This document shows positions 40,193 through 49,080 of a stretch of DNA of 64,000 nt, piece by piece. Position 1 is the first letter of the stretch, and the number at the start of each line of letters is the position of its first letter. The notes beneath the pieces were generated by a model. That model had not been told where the DNA came from. It did not search any database and saw only the letters and a list, made by a program, of their open reading frames with translations. A program made the position numbers and the translations under genes. Source of the DNA: Bdellovibrionales bacterium (GTDB lineage Bacteria > Bdellovibrionota > Bdellovibrionia > Bdellovibrionales > JAUICD01); assembly GCA_965262715.1 (NCBI GenBank), contig OZ253553.1, positions 256,001 through 320,000 on the forward strand. The letters run 5' to 3'.

Positions 40193-43100
40193 ATGTTTAA
40201 AACATGTAACTTTTCTTCTTATCTTAGTTTAGGGACAAAGCGTTTCACTCATCGTGGCCAGCAGGGGATGATGTTAGTGGAGATTATTTTAATAGCCGTG
40301 TTTTTAGCGACTGTAGCAGTAGGGACCAGTTATTTTTTTACTCAAACAAAAGTCACTATGAGCTCTTCCTCTCAAGTTACACAGTGTGACACTATTGCAA
40401 AACAAGCCTTAGAAAGTGTTGTGTCTTTAGGAGCGCGTCTTTATGGATATAAAATTCACCATACAGGCACTGATCATTTTATATTTATGTATGAACCATT
40501 GTTTATTAAAGATGATGGTGGAGTTGTTAAGGATGTTGGCAGTGGTAGTGAGCTTTCTTTTCCTCCAGAGATGTACAATGAATTATATAAAAGCCTTGGC
40601 ATCACTCCTCCTACAGGAGACCCCCAATCAAATACAGGTAAGCCTCTTATTGGAGCTACTTATCCTTTTGACATATCTACGTCAACACTCATTGTGAATT
40701 CTGTGAATGCTCTTCAATATCTTTACAATTCAGATAATGGATTTTTTACAGAGAACAGTGGTGATGGTAAAATGTACACAGTTAATGGCATGAATAGTGG
40801 TAACATGTTTTCTATATTAGAGAAGTATGGAGATCAATTTGATTTAGAGAACCTAAAATTTTATATAAAAATATCTCCAATAAACTTACAAACAGAAAAG
40901 CCAATAGCATCTCCCCCCAGTAAGATTTTAACACGTCCTCGTTTTCATAATCCTCAAGGAGCGCAATTATCCCCAGCCTTAAATGTATTAGGTGATCCAG
41001 AAATTGGTTTTGAGATTACAATCATGTTGAAATACAATCGTAACGATCAAGGGTATAGATGTAATGCTTCTCATAGGTTTGCTCATCAGATAAAGCCAAT
41101 AACGGCAACGCTGTCAAAAGCTATTCATGCAGCTATGGTAGGCTTGACTACTGGAGCTGGCCAAGACCTTTTAACTAATTCAACCTTATTGTTGACCTCT
41201 TGTGACACTGATGGTGCTGGTTATGATGATATAACAGTCACAGTCAATTTTAATGGTATACAAGAAAGCCAGCAGATAGGCACAGTCATTTTATGTCAGA
41301 TGAACTCTTATTGCAGATCTTATGGAGATGCAAGTTACAATGGTTGTAATCCTCAGTTAGGTCGTTGGCAGAGATGTCATCATATTCAACCTACGGGTCC
41401 AGACCAGGATTGGAAATACGCATCGCAACTTACAAACCCTCAAGTTCTTGAGATGGAATTTAGTGATATGAAAACAGATAGAAGATATGAATTGAATGTT
41501 GGCGAATTTTCTATGGCAGGTCGCAATTTAAGAAAGAAGATGGTGTCCAGATTTTACATTGATGCTATTAGACCTACTATATCAAGTAGGAGTATTACTA
41601 ATGATGCAGTAGGTACTCCTGATGATGGTGGAGGAGGCCGTGATTACGATGGTCTTTTCACAAATTGGATAAAACCTGGAGATTCAACAAACAAATGGGT
41701 TCAGTGCAATCAAGACACAGTTGAGTTTTCAGCAAGTATAGAAGATCAATTCACTCATAATCTAGAAAAGTGTGAGCTTGAAGGGGAAAGAGAAGATGGA
41801 AACGGTACAGCTGCAACAAGTCCAACTTTAACTTCAGATTGCGGGGGAGAGCTGAGTGGAGTTCAGCAAGGCAGACAAACGATCACCTTCACTCCCAAGG
41901 ACACATGCGGAGGTACAAATACAAAAGACTTAGTATGGGATACAGATTTACCCAGTAAATTTGAGACTCATGACTTTCCAAATGACCCTGAGTGGCTCAA
42001 AAGTACAGATAAGGATGCTTATCTTATAAAAACAGTGCTTCCTGCAAAAGATACTGCAGGGGAACTTCCAAAGCACTATTCCGTAGATTGTAATGATAAT
42101 TTTATGGGCAGTAGAGCTAGAAAAGATGGTGATGGTGGTCAGTTGGATTGTAAGTTAGAGGGGAGCAAGCCTTATCATGATGATGGCTGCAATCCCATCC
42201 AATTTTCCACTAAATATCACCATGTTTGTGGTGGAACTGGATCCGGAGTTTGTAAAGACACAGAGTGGAGTGTTTATGTTCCTCACAAGCCTACGTGTAC
42301 AGGCCCATCATGCAAATGTACAAATGTGCAATGTGAACCTCAATTGATCTGCTGTGATGGGTTTAGGAATGAATGTGGGACTGTTGGAACAGATGAGTGT
42401 GAAACAAACTCATACCCAAACTCTTGCTCTAATCCCAAGGGGGGAGGTAGGACTCAACAGGATTCAGCATCCGGTTGTCCACCACTAGGCTTGTATGATT
42501 GCCATTATGACCTTCCTTGTAATTCGACATCTCCTTGTAGTGAGACAGGGCCAACATCTGCTTGTGTAGGGAGAAGGCAAGGAAATTCATGTAGTTACTC
42601 AAAAAGTGGAACATGTCAACCTACTGGTTCAACTGATCTCACTTGTGATACCTCTGGAACTTATACAATAGGGTGTGATAGTGGTTCTTGTACAGTCAGT
42701 TGTGCTCAAAGTTGCAGAACACCATGTTCACATACTTGTTACGATACTTGTTACAATACTTGTTCACAGCAACAATGTGACCTGAATGGGCTAAATTGTC
42801 AGACTGTATCAGTTCAGTGTAATCCTTATAACTGTAATCCTCATAGGTGCCATGCCTGTGATGTATATCAATATACTCCTACACCAAGAACTCATACTGT
42901 GAGTTTTAGTGGAGCATGTGGTGTCCCCAGTGGAGGTTGTCCTGATCTAGGTGTTGGTGGAGGGAATTTATCTTCGGAGCGGTGTGATGCTAGGCCAGCT
43001 TCATGTGCACTAGAATTAGGAGTGACACCACCTCCTTGTGATTCAACTGTGGAATGTTGTCCATCCACAGGTGATACTTTCCCCAGTAACTCGAATTGTC

Positions 43101-45589
43101 CATCTGATTGTGTCAAGGCAAATGGAAAGGCTTGTTGTCTAGTATCAGAAGGAGGAGATTGCACAGGGCAATTCTGTGCTACTAACTGTGCAAGTTCAGG
43201 GACATGTCATGTTCAAGAGATCAATGATGATGGAGTTTGCAGACCGACTTGTCAAAGTTTAGCAGAAGCACAAGGATACACAGGTGATGGTGCATCAGAT
43301 ACATCGAATTGGACACATACTGCAAGTACTTGTGCAAGCCTCAATACGCAGCAGCTTTGGGGTTCTGATGACTGGATTAAGATTCCTCTTATAGATAACA
43401 AAGAACCTCAGGAAGTTACTGAAAATGGAGGAGAATGTTGTGGAAGACCACCGTCTGCATGTGACCCAAGTAAAGAATGTTGTGACACTGATAAGCACTC
43501 AGACTTAGGAGGAAGCAACGATAACTGTCCAGTGAATGGAGAGTGCGATACTCCTAATGATGGTTGCAAATACGGAGATAAAGAAAATGCAACACCTCCT
43601 GATGTAACATGGATATGTAAAGGTGAAAATAAAGGAGATGATAGCGGAGTTTGCGGCACATGTGACTCAGCTGTGAAATGTTGTGATAGTGATAAGCACT
43701 CAGATTTAGGAGGAAGCAACGATAAGTGTCCAGTGAATGGAGAGTGCAGTCCGACTGGATGTGATAAAGGAGATCCAGACCCAGATCCTCCAGATCTTAC
43801 TAAAACACGGACATGTAAAGGTAAAAATGGAGGAGATTCTGCAACTTGTGAACCAGATGTGACAAAAGTAAATGCAATATGCAACCCTACAGGATGCAGT
43901 GAGGGAACGGAAATAAAACATAATGATGGAACATGGATATGTAAAGGTGAAAATGGAGGAGATGATGCTCCTCAGACTCCTTGCCCACTTAATATTAATG
44001 GAAAGTGCAGTCCGACTGGATCTGGATGCTCTGCAGGAACTCAAAAGCCTGCTAATCCTAACTTATCTCTTAGTTCTACTGGATCCTGGACATGTAAAGG
44101 CATAGGTACAGGAAGTAACACTGGAACTTGTCCAAGAGATGGAAAGTGCAGCGATACTGGATGCGCTGTGGGAACTAAAAATCCACCAAATGCTCCACCT
44201 GGAACATGGATATGTGAAGGCATAGGTGGAGGTGGAGATAGCGCAACTTGCGGATGTAACCCAGCTAGTGAATGTTGTTCTGGTCAAACTTATGCAGAGA
44301 ATCCTGATCATTGTCCTATTACTGGTATAGATGGAGTATGTGGTACTATGCATACTGATCCATGTGGTAGTGGAGTCTCAAATCCATCTTTCCCAGCTCC
44401 TACTGCCACATGGATATGTAGAGGTATAGATGGAGGAGGAAGTAGCGCGACATGTTGTGATATACAATTCGGTTGCAGTCCAGGTGATCCCGTAGATGGA
44501 GTTTGTAATATCTCTAACGGATGCTCTTTTGGAGATCGATATCCAACTTCTGGTGGTGCAAAATGGAGATGCTTAGGTGTATTGGGAGGAGAAAGCGTTG
44601 ATTGTTGTGATTCCACTCAAACATGTTGTGATGGTGATACTTATTCCAGCAACTCTCATTGTTCTTTAGATGGAGTGTGCAGTTCTACTGGATGCACTGC
44701 TGGAGATCCAAACCCAAATCCTCCACCAAATCCCGGAACATGGATATGTGAAGGTAAAAATGGAGGAAAAGATAGTCTCACTTGCGGATGTAATCCAACT
44801 TTGAAATGTTGTCCTGGTCAAACCTGTACAGACAACCCCACTCATTGTACTTGTCCAATACCACCTCCAGCTTGTGGAGGTTATCTTCATGGCACAGGAG
44901 GCACATGTGCAGCAGGTAGTATTGTTAATGTGCTTACCAATACATCGCTGCTGTATAAATGGGAATGTAAAGCGGGTGGAAACACTGCGAATTGTCCTGC
45001 CCATGATAAATGTCATTGTGGCTCGTGCCCTCAACCACTACCACCAGGGTGTTGTAATTCCAGTGCAGCATGTTGCCCGAATGATGACTACAATAGCAAC
45101 CCTACTCATTGTATTCCTCCTCCAGTAGATGGAGTGTGCGATATTCCTAATCGTGACTGCGAGGAGGGAGAGAAGAAGACAATTAATGCTAAAAAGTGGG
45201 AATGTTTAGGTCAACATGCAGGACAAAAGGCCACTTGCGAAATTTCATGTGACTCAACTGTGAAATGTTGTGATGGAGAAGATGGTGATGACACATATGC
45301 AACTAACCACCTTTGCGAATGTCCTGGCCGTCTTCAAAGACTTACTGCTACTGACCCTTGTGTGTTCCTACTGGGACAATGTGGCCACTATTGTGGTGGA
45401 TGTCAAACTGGCAATGGTAGGAGCGGCCAAGGAGAAAACGAAGAATGTAAGCCAGGTAGTAGTGCAAATGATTTTCGGTGTACGTGGGAATGTGCCGGTG
45501 TAGGGGACTATAAGGGAAAAGCAATAGATAAAGATTGTCGGGGCTCTTATGATGGAGGTGGTATTTGCGCTGATCCGGGTATATGGTAA
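40193..45589 (+). CDS. Giant Cys-rich protein with type IV prepilin-like leader, copy B (1798 aa from MFKTC)
   Basis: First 1329 aa same as copy A; different 469-aa tail; predicted processing before 40268. Confidence 0.8.
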   Translation: MFKTCNFSSYLSLGTKRFTHRGQQGMMLVEIILIAVFLATVAVGTSYFFTQTKVTMSSSSQVTQCDTIAKQALESVVSLGARLYGYKIHHTGTDHFIFMYEPLFIKDDGGVVKDVGSGSELSFPPEMYNELYKSLGITPPTGDPQSNTGKPLIGATYPFDISTSTLIVNSVNALQYLYNSDNGFFTENSGDGKMYTVNGMNSGNMFSILEKYGDQFDLENLKFYIKISPINLQTEKPIASPPSKILTRPRFHNPQGAQLSPALNVLGDPEIGFEITIMLKYNRNDQGYRCNASHRFAHQIKPITATLSKAIHAAMVGLTTGAGQDLLTNSTLLLTSCDTDGAGYDDITVTVNFNGIQESQQIGTVILCQMNSYCRSYGDASYNGCNPQLGRWQRCHHIQPTGPDQDWKYASQLTNPQVLEMEFSDMKTDRRYELNVGEFSMAGRNLRKKMVSRFYIDAIRPTISSRSITNDAVGTPDDGGGGRDYDGLFTNWIKPGDSTNKWVQCNQDTVEFSASIEDQFTHNLEKCELEGEREDGNGTAATSPTLTSDCGGELSGVQQGRQTITFTPKDTCGGTNTKDLVWDTDLPSKFETHDFPNDPEWLKSTDKDAYLIKTVLPAKDTAGELPKHYSVDCNDNFMGSRARKDGDGGQLDCKLEGSKPYHDDGCNPIQFSTKYHHVCGGTGSGVCKDTEWSVYVPHKPTCTGPSCKCTNVQCEPQLICCDGFRNECGTVGTDECETNSYPNSCSNPKGGGRTQQDSASGCPPLGLYDCHYDLPCNSTSPCSETGPTSACVGRRQGNSCSYSKSGTCQPTGSTDLTCDTSGTYTIGCDSGSCTVSCAQSCRTPCSHTCYDTCYNTCSQQQCDLNGLNCQTVSVQCNPYNCNPHRCHACDVYQYTPTPRTHTVSFSGACGVPSGGCPDLGVGGGNLSSERCDARPASCALELGVTPPPCDSTVECCPSTGDTFPSNSNCPSDCVKANGKACCLVSEGGDCTGQFCATNCASSGTCHVQEINDDGVCRPTCQSLAEAQGYTGDGASDTSNWTHTASTCASLNTQQLWGSDDWIKIPLIDNKEPQEVTENGGECCGRPPSACDPSKECCDTDKHSDLGGSNDNCPVNGECDTPNDGCKYGDKENATPPDVTWICKGENKGDDSGVCGTCDSAVKCCDSDKHSDLGGSNDKCPVNGECSPTGCDKGDPDPDPPDLTKTRTCKGKNGGDSATCEPDVTKVNAICNPTGCSEGTEIKHNDGTWICKGENGGDDAPQTPCPLNINGKCSPTGSGCSAGTQKPANPNLSLSSTGSWTCKGIGTGSNTGTCPRDGKCSDTGCAVGTKNPPNAPPGTWICEGIGGGGDSATCGCNPASECCSGQTYAENPDHCPITGIDGVCGTMHTDPCGSGVSNPSFPAPTATWICRGIDGGGSSATCCDIQFGCSPGDPVDGVCNISNGCSFGDRYPTSGGAKWRCLGVLGGESVDCCDSTQTCCDGDTYSSNSHCSLDGVCSSTGCTAGDPNPNPPPNPGTWICEGKNGGKDSLTCGCNPTLKCCPGQTCTDNPTHCTCPIPPPACGGYLHGTGGTCAAGSIVNVLTNTSLLYKWECKAGGNTANCPAHDKCHCGSCPQPLPPGCCNSSAACCPNDDYNSNPTHCIPPPVDGVCDIPNRDCEEGEKKTINAKKWECLGQHAGQKATCEISCDSTVKCCDGEDGDDTYATNHLCECPGRLQRLTATDPCVFLLGQCGHYCGGCQTGNGRSGQGENEECKPGSSANDFRCTWECAGVGDYKGKAIDKDCRGSYDGGGICADPGIW

Positions 45590-45607
45590 TTGTACACAAG
45601 CTGTGAA

Positions 45608-45912
45608 ATAAAAACAGTGATATCTTTAAATAAGAATGTAAAAATGATTGTGAAGGTGTAAGCTGTATAACAGGAACCTGCTTTAATTATAAAGAGTGTA
45701 GTCGGTTTTCCTTTGAATAAGATATCTTGTATAACTCTTTTTTATAATTAGTGCTTGTAACAGATGAAAATATCATGTTATTGAAGTCTCATTTATGAGG
45801 TGATTATGAGACTTCGAATAGATATTTGTTATAGCGGTCAGGGTTATCAAGGTTGGCAAATTCAACCTCACACCCAAATGACGATTCAAGAACAAATACA
45901 AAAAGTGCTTAA
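45608..45912 (+). repeat. Outer inverted repeat partner of 4820-5127
   Basis: Direct comparison with the reverse complement. Confidence 0.9.
45800..45912 (+). pseudogene. truA: truA 5' fragment (~38 codons)
   Basis: MIMRLRIDICYSGQGYQGWQIQPHTQMTIQEQIQKVL, then unrelated sequence. Confidence 0.9.
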
Positions 45913-46202
45913 CTTAAAATCATCTTTTAAAAGGCTTGTATGCAGTAACACAACTTATAAGCTATCGTATATAAAATCAGTTATGAAAAAGACTATTTGA
46001 TGGTAATTCTCTTTTAAAGTGGATTATAATGCATTAAAAAAAGATGACTGTATTCCCATTTCCTAATATTGAGCTTTTAGTAAAACTTTTCTTCCAAAGA
46101 ACACAGCCACCTACTTTCATTGCTTTATCTAAGAATAAAGGCATTTTCATTAAATGTCATTAGACCAAACGTAGGTATTTTGCTTAATCACTCAAAATTC
46201 TC

Positions 46203-46522
46203 TTTCCCTAAAAATAGTCTCGCCTCTGGCGACTTTCTGGTAATGACCCTGACGGTTCTTACCGTCAGCAATTAGGTCATTACCTAGAAAGCTTGACTAT
46301 TTTTAGGAAGGAGACTCCTTTCATTCTTTAACATAATGTTAAGGAAACTGTTTCACTTAAAATGCATCTGACCTCTCGAGGCAAGCCTCTTGAGGCGAGC
46401 CTCTGGTTGTTTTCTGGCAATGATGATGGCCTTACGCTATTAGAAAATGGTCATTGCCTAAAAAATCTGTTTATTTTGAGTAGACAGATTCTCCTCATTT
46501 TTTAATACAATGTTAAGGAAAT
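46203..46522 (-). repeat. Palindromic repeat family R2, two head-to-tail units
   Basis: Stems CCTAAAAATAGTC/GACTATTTTTAGG, GGTAATGACC/GGTCATTACC, CTGACGGT/ACCGTCAG; junction near 46350. Confidence 0.85.
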
Positions 46523-46630
46523 CGTTCCTTTAAGAAATAAAAATTGAGATTGGTAGCGGTTTGTGGTAAAAGTTAGCTTTCTTCATGAGTATATTATATA
46601 ATAAGAATGAACAGCGGGAATATATAAGAT

Positions 46631-47209
46631 ATGGAAACCCAAAGAGATGTAACAATTCAAATACAAGATACACCAAATCCTCAGGCTAAAAAGTTTATTT
46701 TTAATACACAGCTTGTTGAAGAGCCTGTGGAGTTTGTAGATGGCCTGTCAGCAAATGCCTCTCCTTTAGCCTCTAAAATATTTGGATTTCCATGGGCAAA
46801 CTCTGTTTATATTGGAGAAAACTTTGTTTCTATCACAAAACAAGACTGGGTGGATTGGGAACTACTGCAAGAACCTATCTCTCAATTGCTTTTAGATCAT
46901 ATAAAGTCAGAAGAGCCTATTATTATAAAAGAATCTGTGTCCAATGGGTCGTCAGACATCTTAGATTCAGATACAGAGGAAGTCCAAAAAATCAAAATGA
47001 TTATTAATAGAGATATTCGTCCTTTTGTGGCTATGGATGGAGGAGATATCACTTTTAGTAAATACGAGGATCACATTGTCTATGTTGCAATGAGAGGCGC
47101 TTGTAGTGGATGTCCTAGCTCTCAAGCAACTCTTAAAGACGGAGTGGAAAGGCTTTTAAAGCAAGCTCTTCCTGAAGTCCAAGGAGTAGTTGCCGCATCT
47201 TCTCTATAA
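46631..47209 (+). CDS. NifU/NfuA-family Fe-S cluster carrier
   Basis: TPNPQAKKF N-domain; IRPFVAMDGGDI...GACSGCPSS. Confidence 0.92.
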   Translation: METQRDVTIQIQDTPNPQAKKFIFNTQLVEEPVEFVDGLSANASPLASKIFGFPWANSVYIGENFVSITKQDWVDWELLQEPISQLLLDHIKSEEPIIIKESVSNGSSDILDSDTEEVQKIKMIINRDIRPFVAMDGGDITFSKYEDHIVYVAMRGACSGCPSSQATLKDGVERLLKQALPEVQGVVAASSL

Positions 47210-47229
47210 TAATACGTGCGAAAGTAGTG

Positions 47230-47832
47230 CTATAACTGCTTGCTTTCAGTTGTTTGGTCCCATGCAAAAGATCGAATAATGTTATTACATTCTCTCAAAG
47301 AGCTTTGGAATGAGTTGACATTGTCAATACAAGTTAGGATAACAGCTTTCTCTCTTCTTTTGAAGAACACGACTTGTCGTACTTGTTTTTCAGTTTCTGT
47401 ATTTTTGACATCTATCACATAACTTCTTTCATTTTTATGTTGAAAGGGTCTTGATCCTAAAATGCGGTAACCTAACTTTGCATAGTCTCCCATCCATTGC
47501 TCGACATATTCTTTGATGTTTTTAGCTTTACCGACATTTTTATCTACTCTTACTGTCATAATAGGTTGAAAACCGTTTGTAACAACTGGAGATCTAAATA
47601 AGAGATGGATATTTTTTTTATCCTCTGGTGCGGGAGAGTTAAACCATGAGGTATCTAATTGACTGAAAAGAAACCCTTCATCACTCCTCAGTGTTTGAAA
47701 TGCCTTAGATTCTGGATCGGATGGTTTAGGCGCATCTGGTGCTGCAGAAGCGACTGCAGAGATCAACATGAGTGAAGTGAATAAATATCTACAAACTTTT
47801 AGGTCATGGTGTAATTGTTTTTTATTTTCCAT
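47230..47832 (-). CDS. Secreted hypothetical protein
   Basis: Signal-like N-terminus (LMLISAVASA). Confidence 0.65.
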   Translation of the reverse strand: MENKKQLHHDLKVCRYLFTSLMLISAVASAAPDAPKPSDPESKAFQTLRSDEGFLFSQLDTSWFNSPAPEDKKNIHLLFRSPVVTNGFQPIMTVRVDKNVGKAKNIKEYVEQWMGDYAKLGYRILGSRPFQHKNERSYVIDVKNTETEKQVRQVVFFKRREKAVILTCIDNVNSFQSSLRECNNIIRSFAWDQTTESKQL

Positions 47833-48065
47833 TGTTCTTCCTCAGGTTTTGATTATTTTTGTATTGACTTTATTTCATTTAAGCAAATTTTATAGACTTT
47901 GAAAAGCACAATCTGATGTAAATATTTATAAAATCATAAGGAAATGAAAAAAATGGGTATAACCAGAAAAAACCCTATTTAATAAGAGTTGAGTGAACTT
48001 AAAATGGTCTAAAATCCAGTAAACAGAAGATTGAAAGTGAAACAGTTTCCCTAACATCAGTTACT

Positions 48066-48365
48066 TCATGTATTTTGGCATAATTTATAAAGATAAGCAC
48101 CAAGTTTATCAGCTTCCTTTATGAGCTGGATATGACCAATAATATCTAATATAGCTTGAGTTTCTCTTAATGATCCAAAGGCAATTCTATAGAACTTTCT
48201 ACGGTCTTTAGCTGTTGCTTTAGCACTACCTTCAGCTAAATTAAGTACAATACTTAAAGAAGCTCTGTTGAATTGGTTTCTAAGTGGCTCTTTCAATCTC
48301 AACTGACTTGCTTGATGATAGAATTTAATAGCTAACTGATAAGTTTTGAATTTTTGCATTGTCAT
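48066..48365 (-). CDS. Four-helix-bundle protein (23S rRNA IVP/Avd-like fold)
   Basis: YQLA, LRNQFNRASLSIVLNLAEG, FYRIAFGSLRE. Confidence 0.9.
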   Translation of the reverse strand: MTMQKFKTYQLAIKFYHQASQLRLKEPLRNQFNRASLSIVLNLAEGSAKATAKDRRKFYRIAFGSLRETQAILDIIGHIQLIKEADKLGAYLYKLCQNT

Positions 48366-48523
48366 AAAAAATTCCTCCTTTATTAAACCCGCCAGGGCCT
48401 GGGAGGAAATTTTTTAAATGCAAAAATTCAAAACAGATACTGTGTACGTTCTGAGACATAGGTTACAGAATGTTCTTGATTGCCTGTTTGCCAGAATTAA
48501 GTGGTTATTGTTTTTTAGAAAAA

Positions 48524-48672
48524 CAAGGAAAAAAATCTTTGGGGCGATGATTTGATATTTATGGCAAAGCCAAGTAGTCCTCAGGCTGTCGCCTTGCGGA
48601 AGAACTTGTCTTTTTGCCATAAATATCAAATTTTGACTTGTTATAAAGATTTAGATGATTTGTAAGGGAGAA
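48524..48672. repeat. Palindromic repeat family R1, copy 2
   Basis: Perfect 19-bp IR 48550-48568/48613-48631; aligns with 309-470. Confidence 0.85.
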
Positions 48673-48864
48673 AGAGAAGAAGATAGTAAAAGTTTTCCTT
48701 ATTATCATTTGCGTTCAATTCCTCTATTTGAGAAAACCAAATATTGAGAGCGAAAAGAATAAGAGGTGATAAGAGCTAATGATAAAAATGAGAAGAAGCT
48801 CGCTTCACGAGTCTGGCCTCAGGGTAATGGTTTTGAAATTAGCTAAATAAATTGAAGGTCCAGC

Positions 48865-49080
48865 TCAACATTTTGTTAAAAAAGAAAGCGTATCTGTTCT
48901 ACTCAAAATAAACGGATTTTCTAAGCGATGACCATTTTCCTTAACATTGTGTTAAGGGACGAAGGTATCCTGCCTACAAAAAATGCATCAGGCTTTCTAG
49001 GCGATAACCATTTTCTGATGGAGCCATCAGGGTTATCGCCAGAAAGTGACCAGAGGTCAGATGCATTTTTTGTGAAACAG
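48865..49080 (+). repeat. Palindromic repeat family R2, truncated unit plus full unit, overlapping the mutY stop
   Basis: Stems ACAAAAAATGCATC/GATGCATTTTTTGT, GGCGATAACC/GGTTATCGCC, CTGATGG/CCATCAG. Confidence 0.85.

Noticed and set aside
46203..46522. CRISPR array (also considered 37076-37120 and R4)
   Set aside because: No constant 25-45-bp repeats separated by unique spacers, and no cas genes.
48066..48365. Diversity-generating retroelement (Avd-like protein plus variable C-terminal tails)
   Set aside because: No reverse transcriptase in the window; tail differences are module rearrangements and indels, not adenine-specific substitutions in a TR/VR pair.
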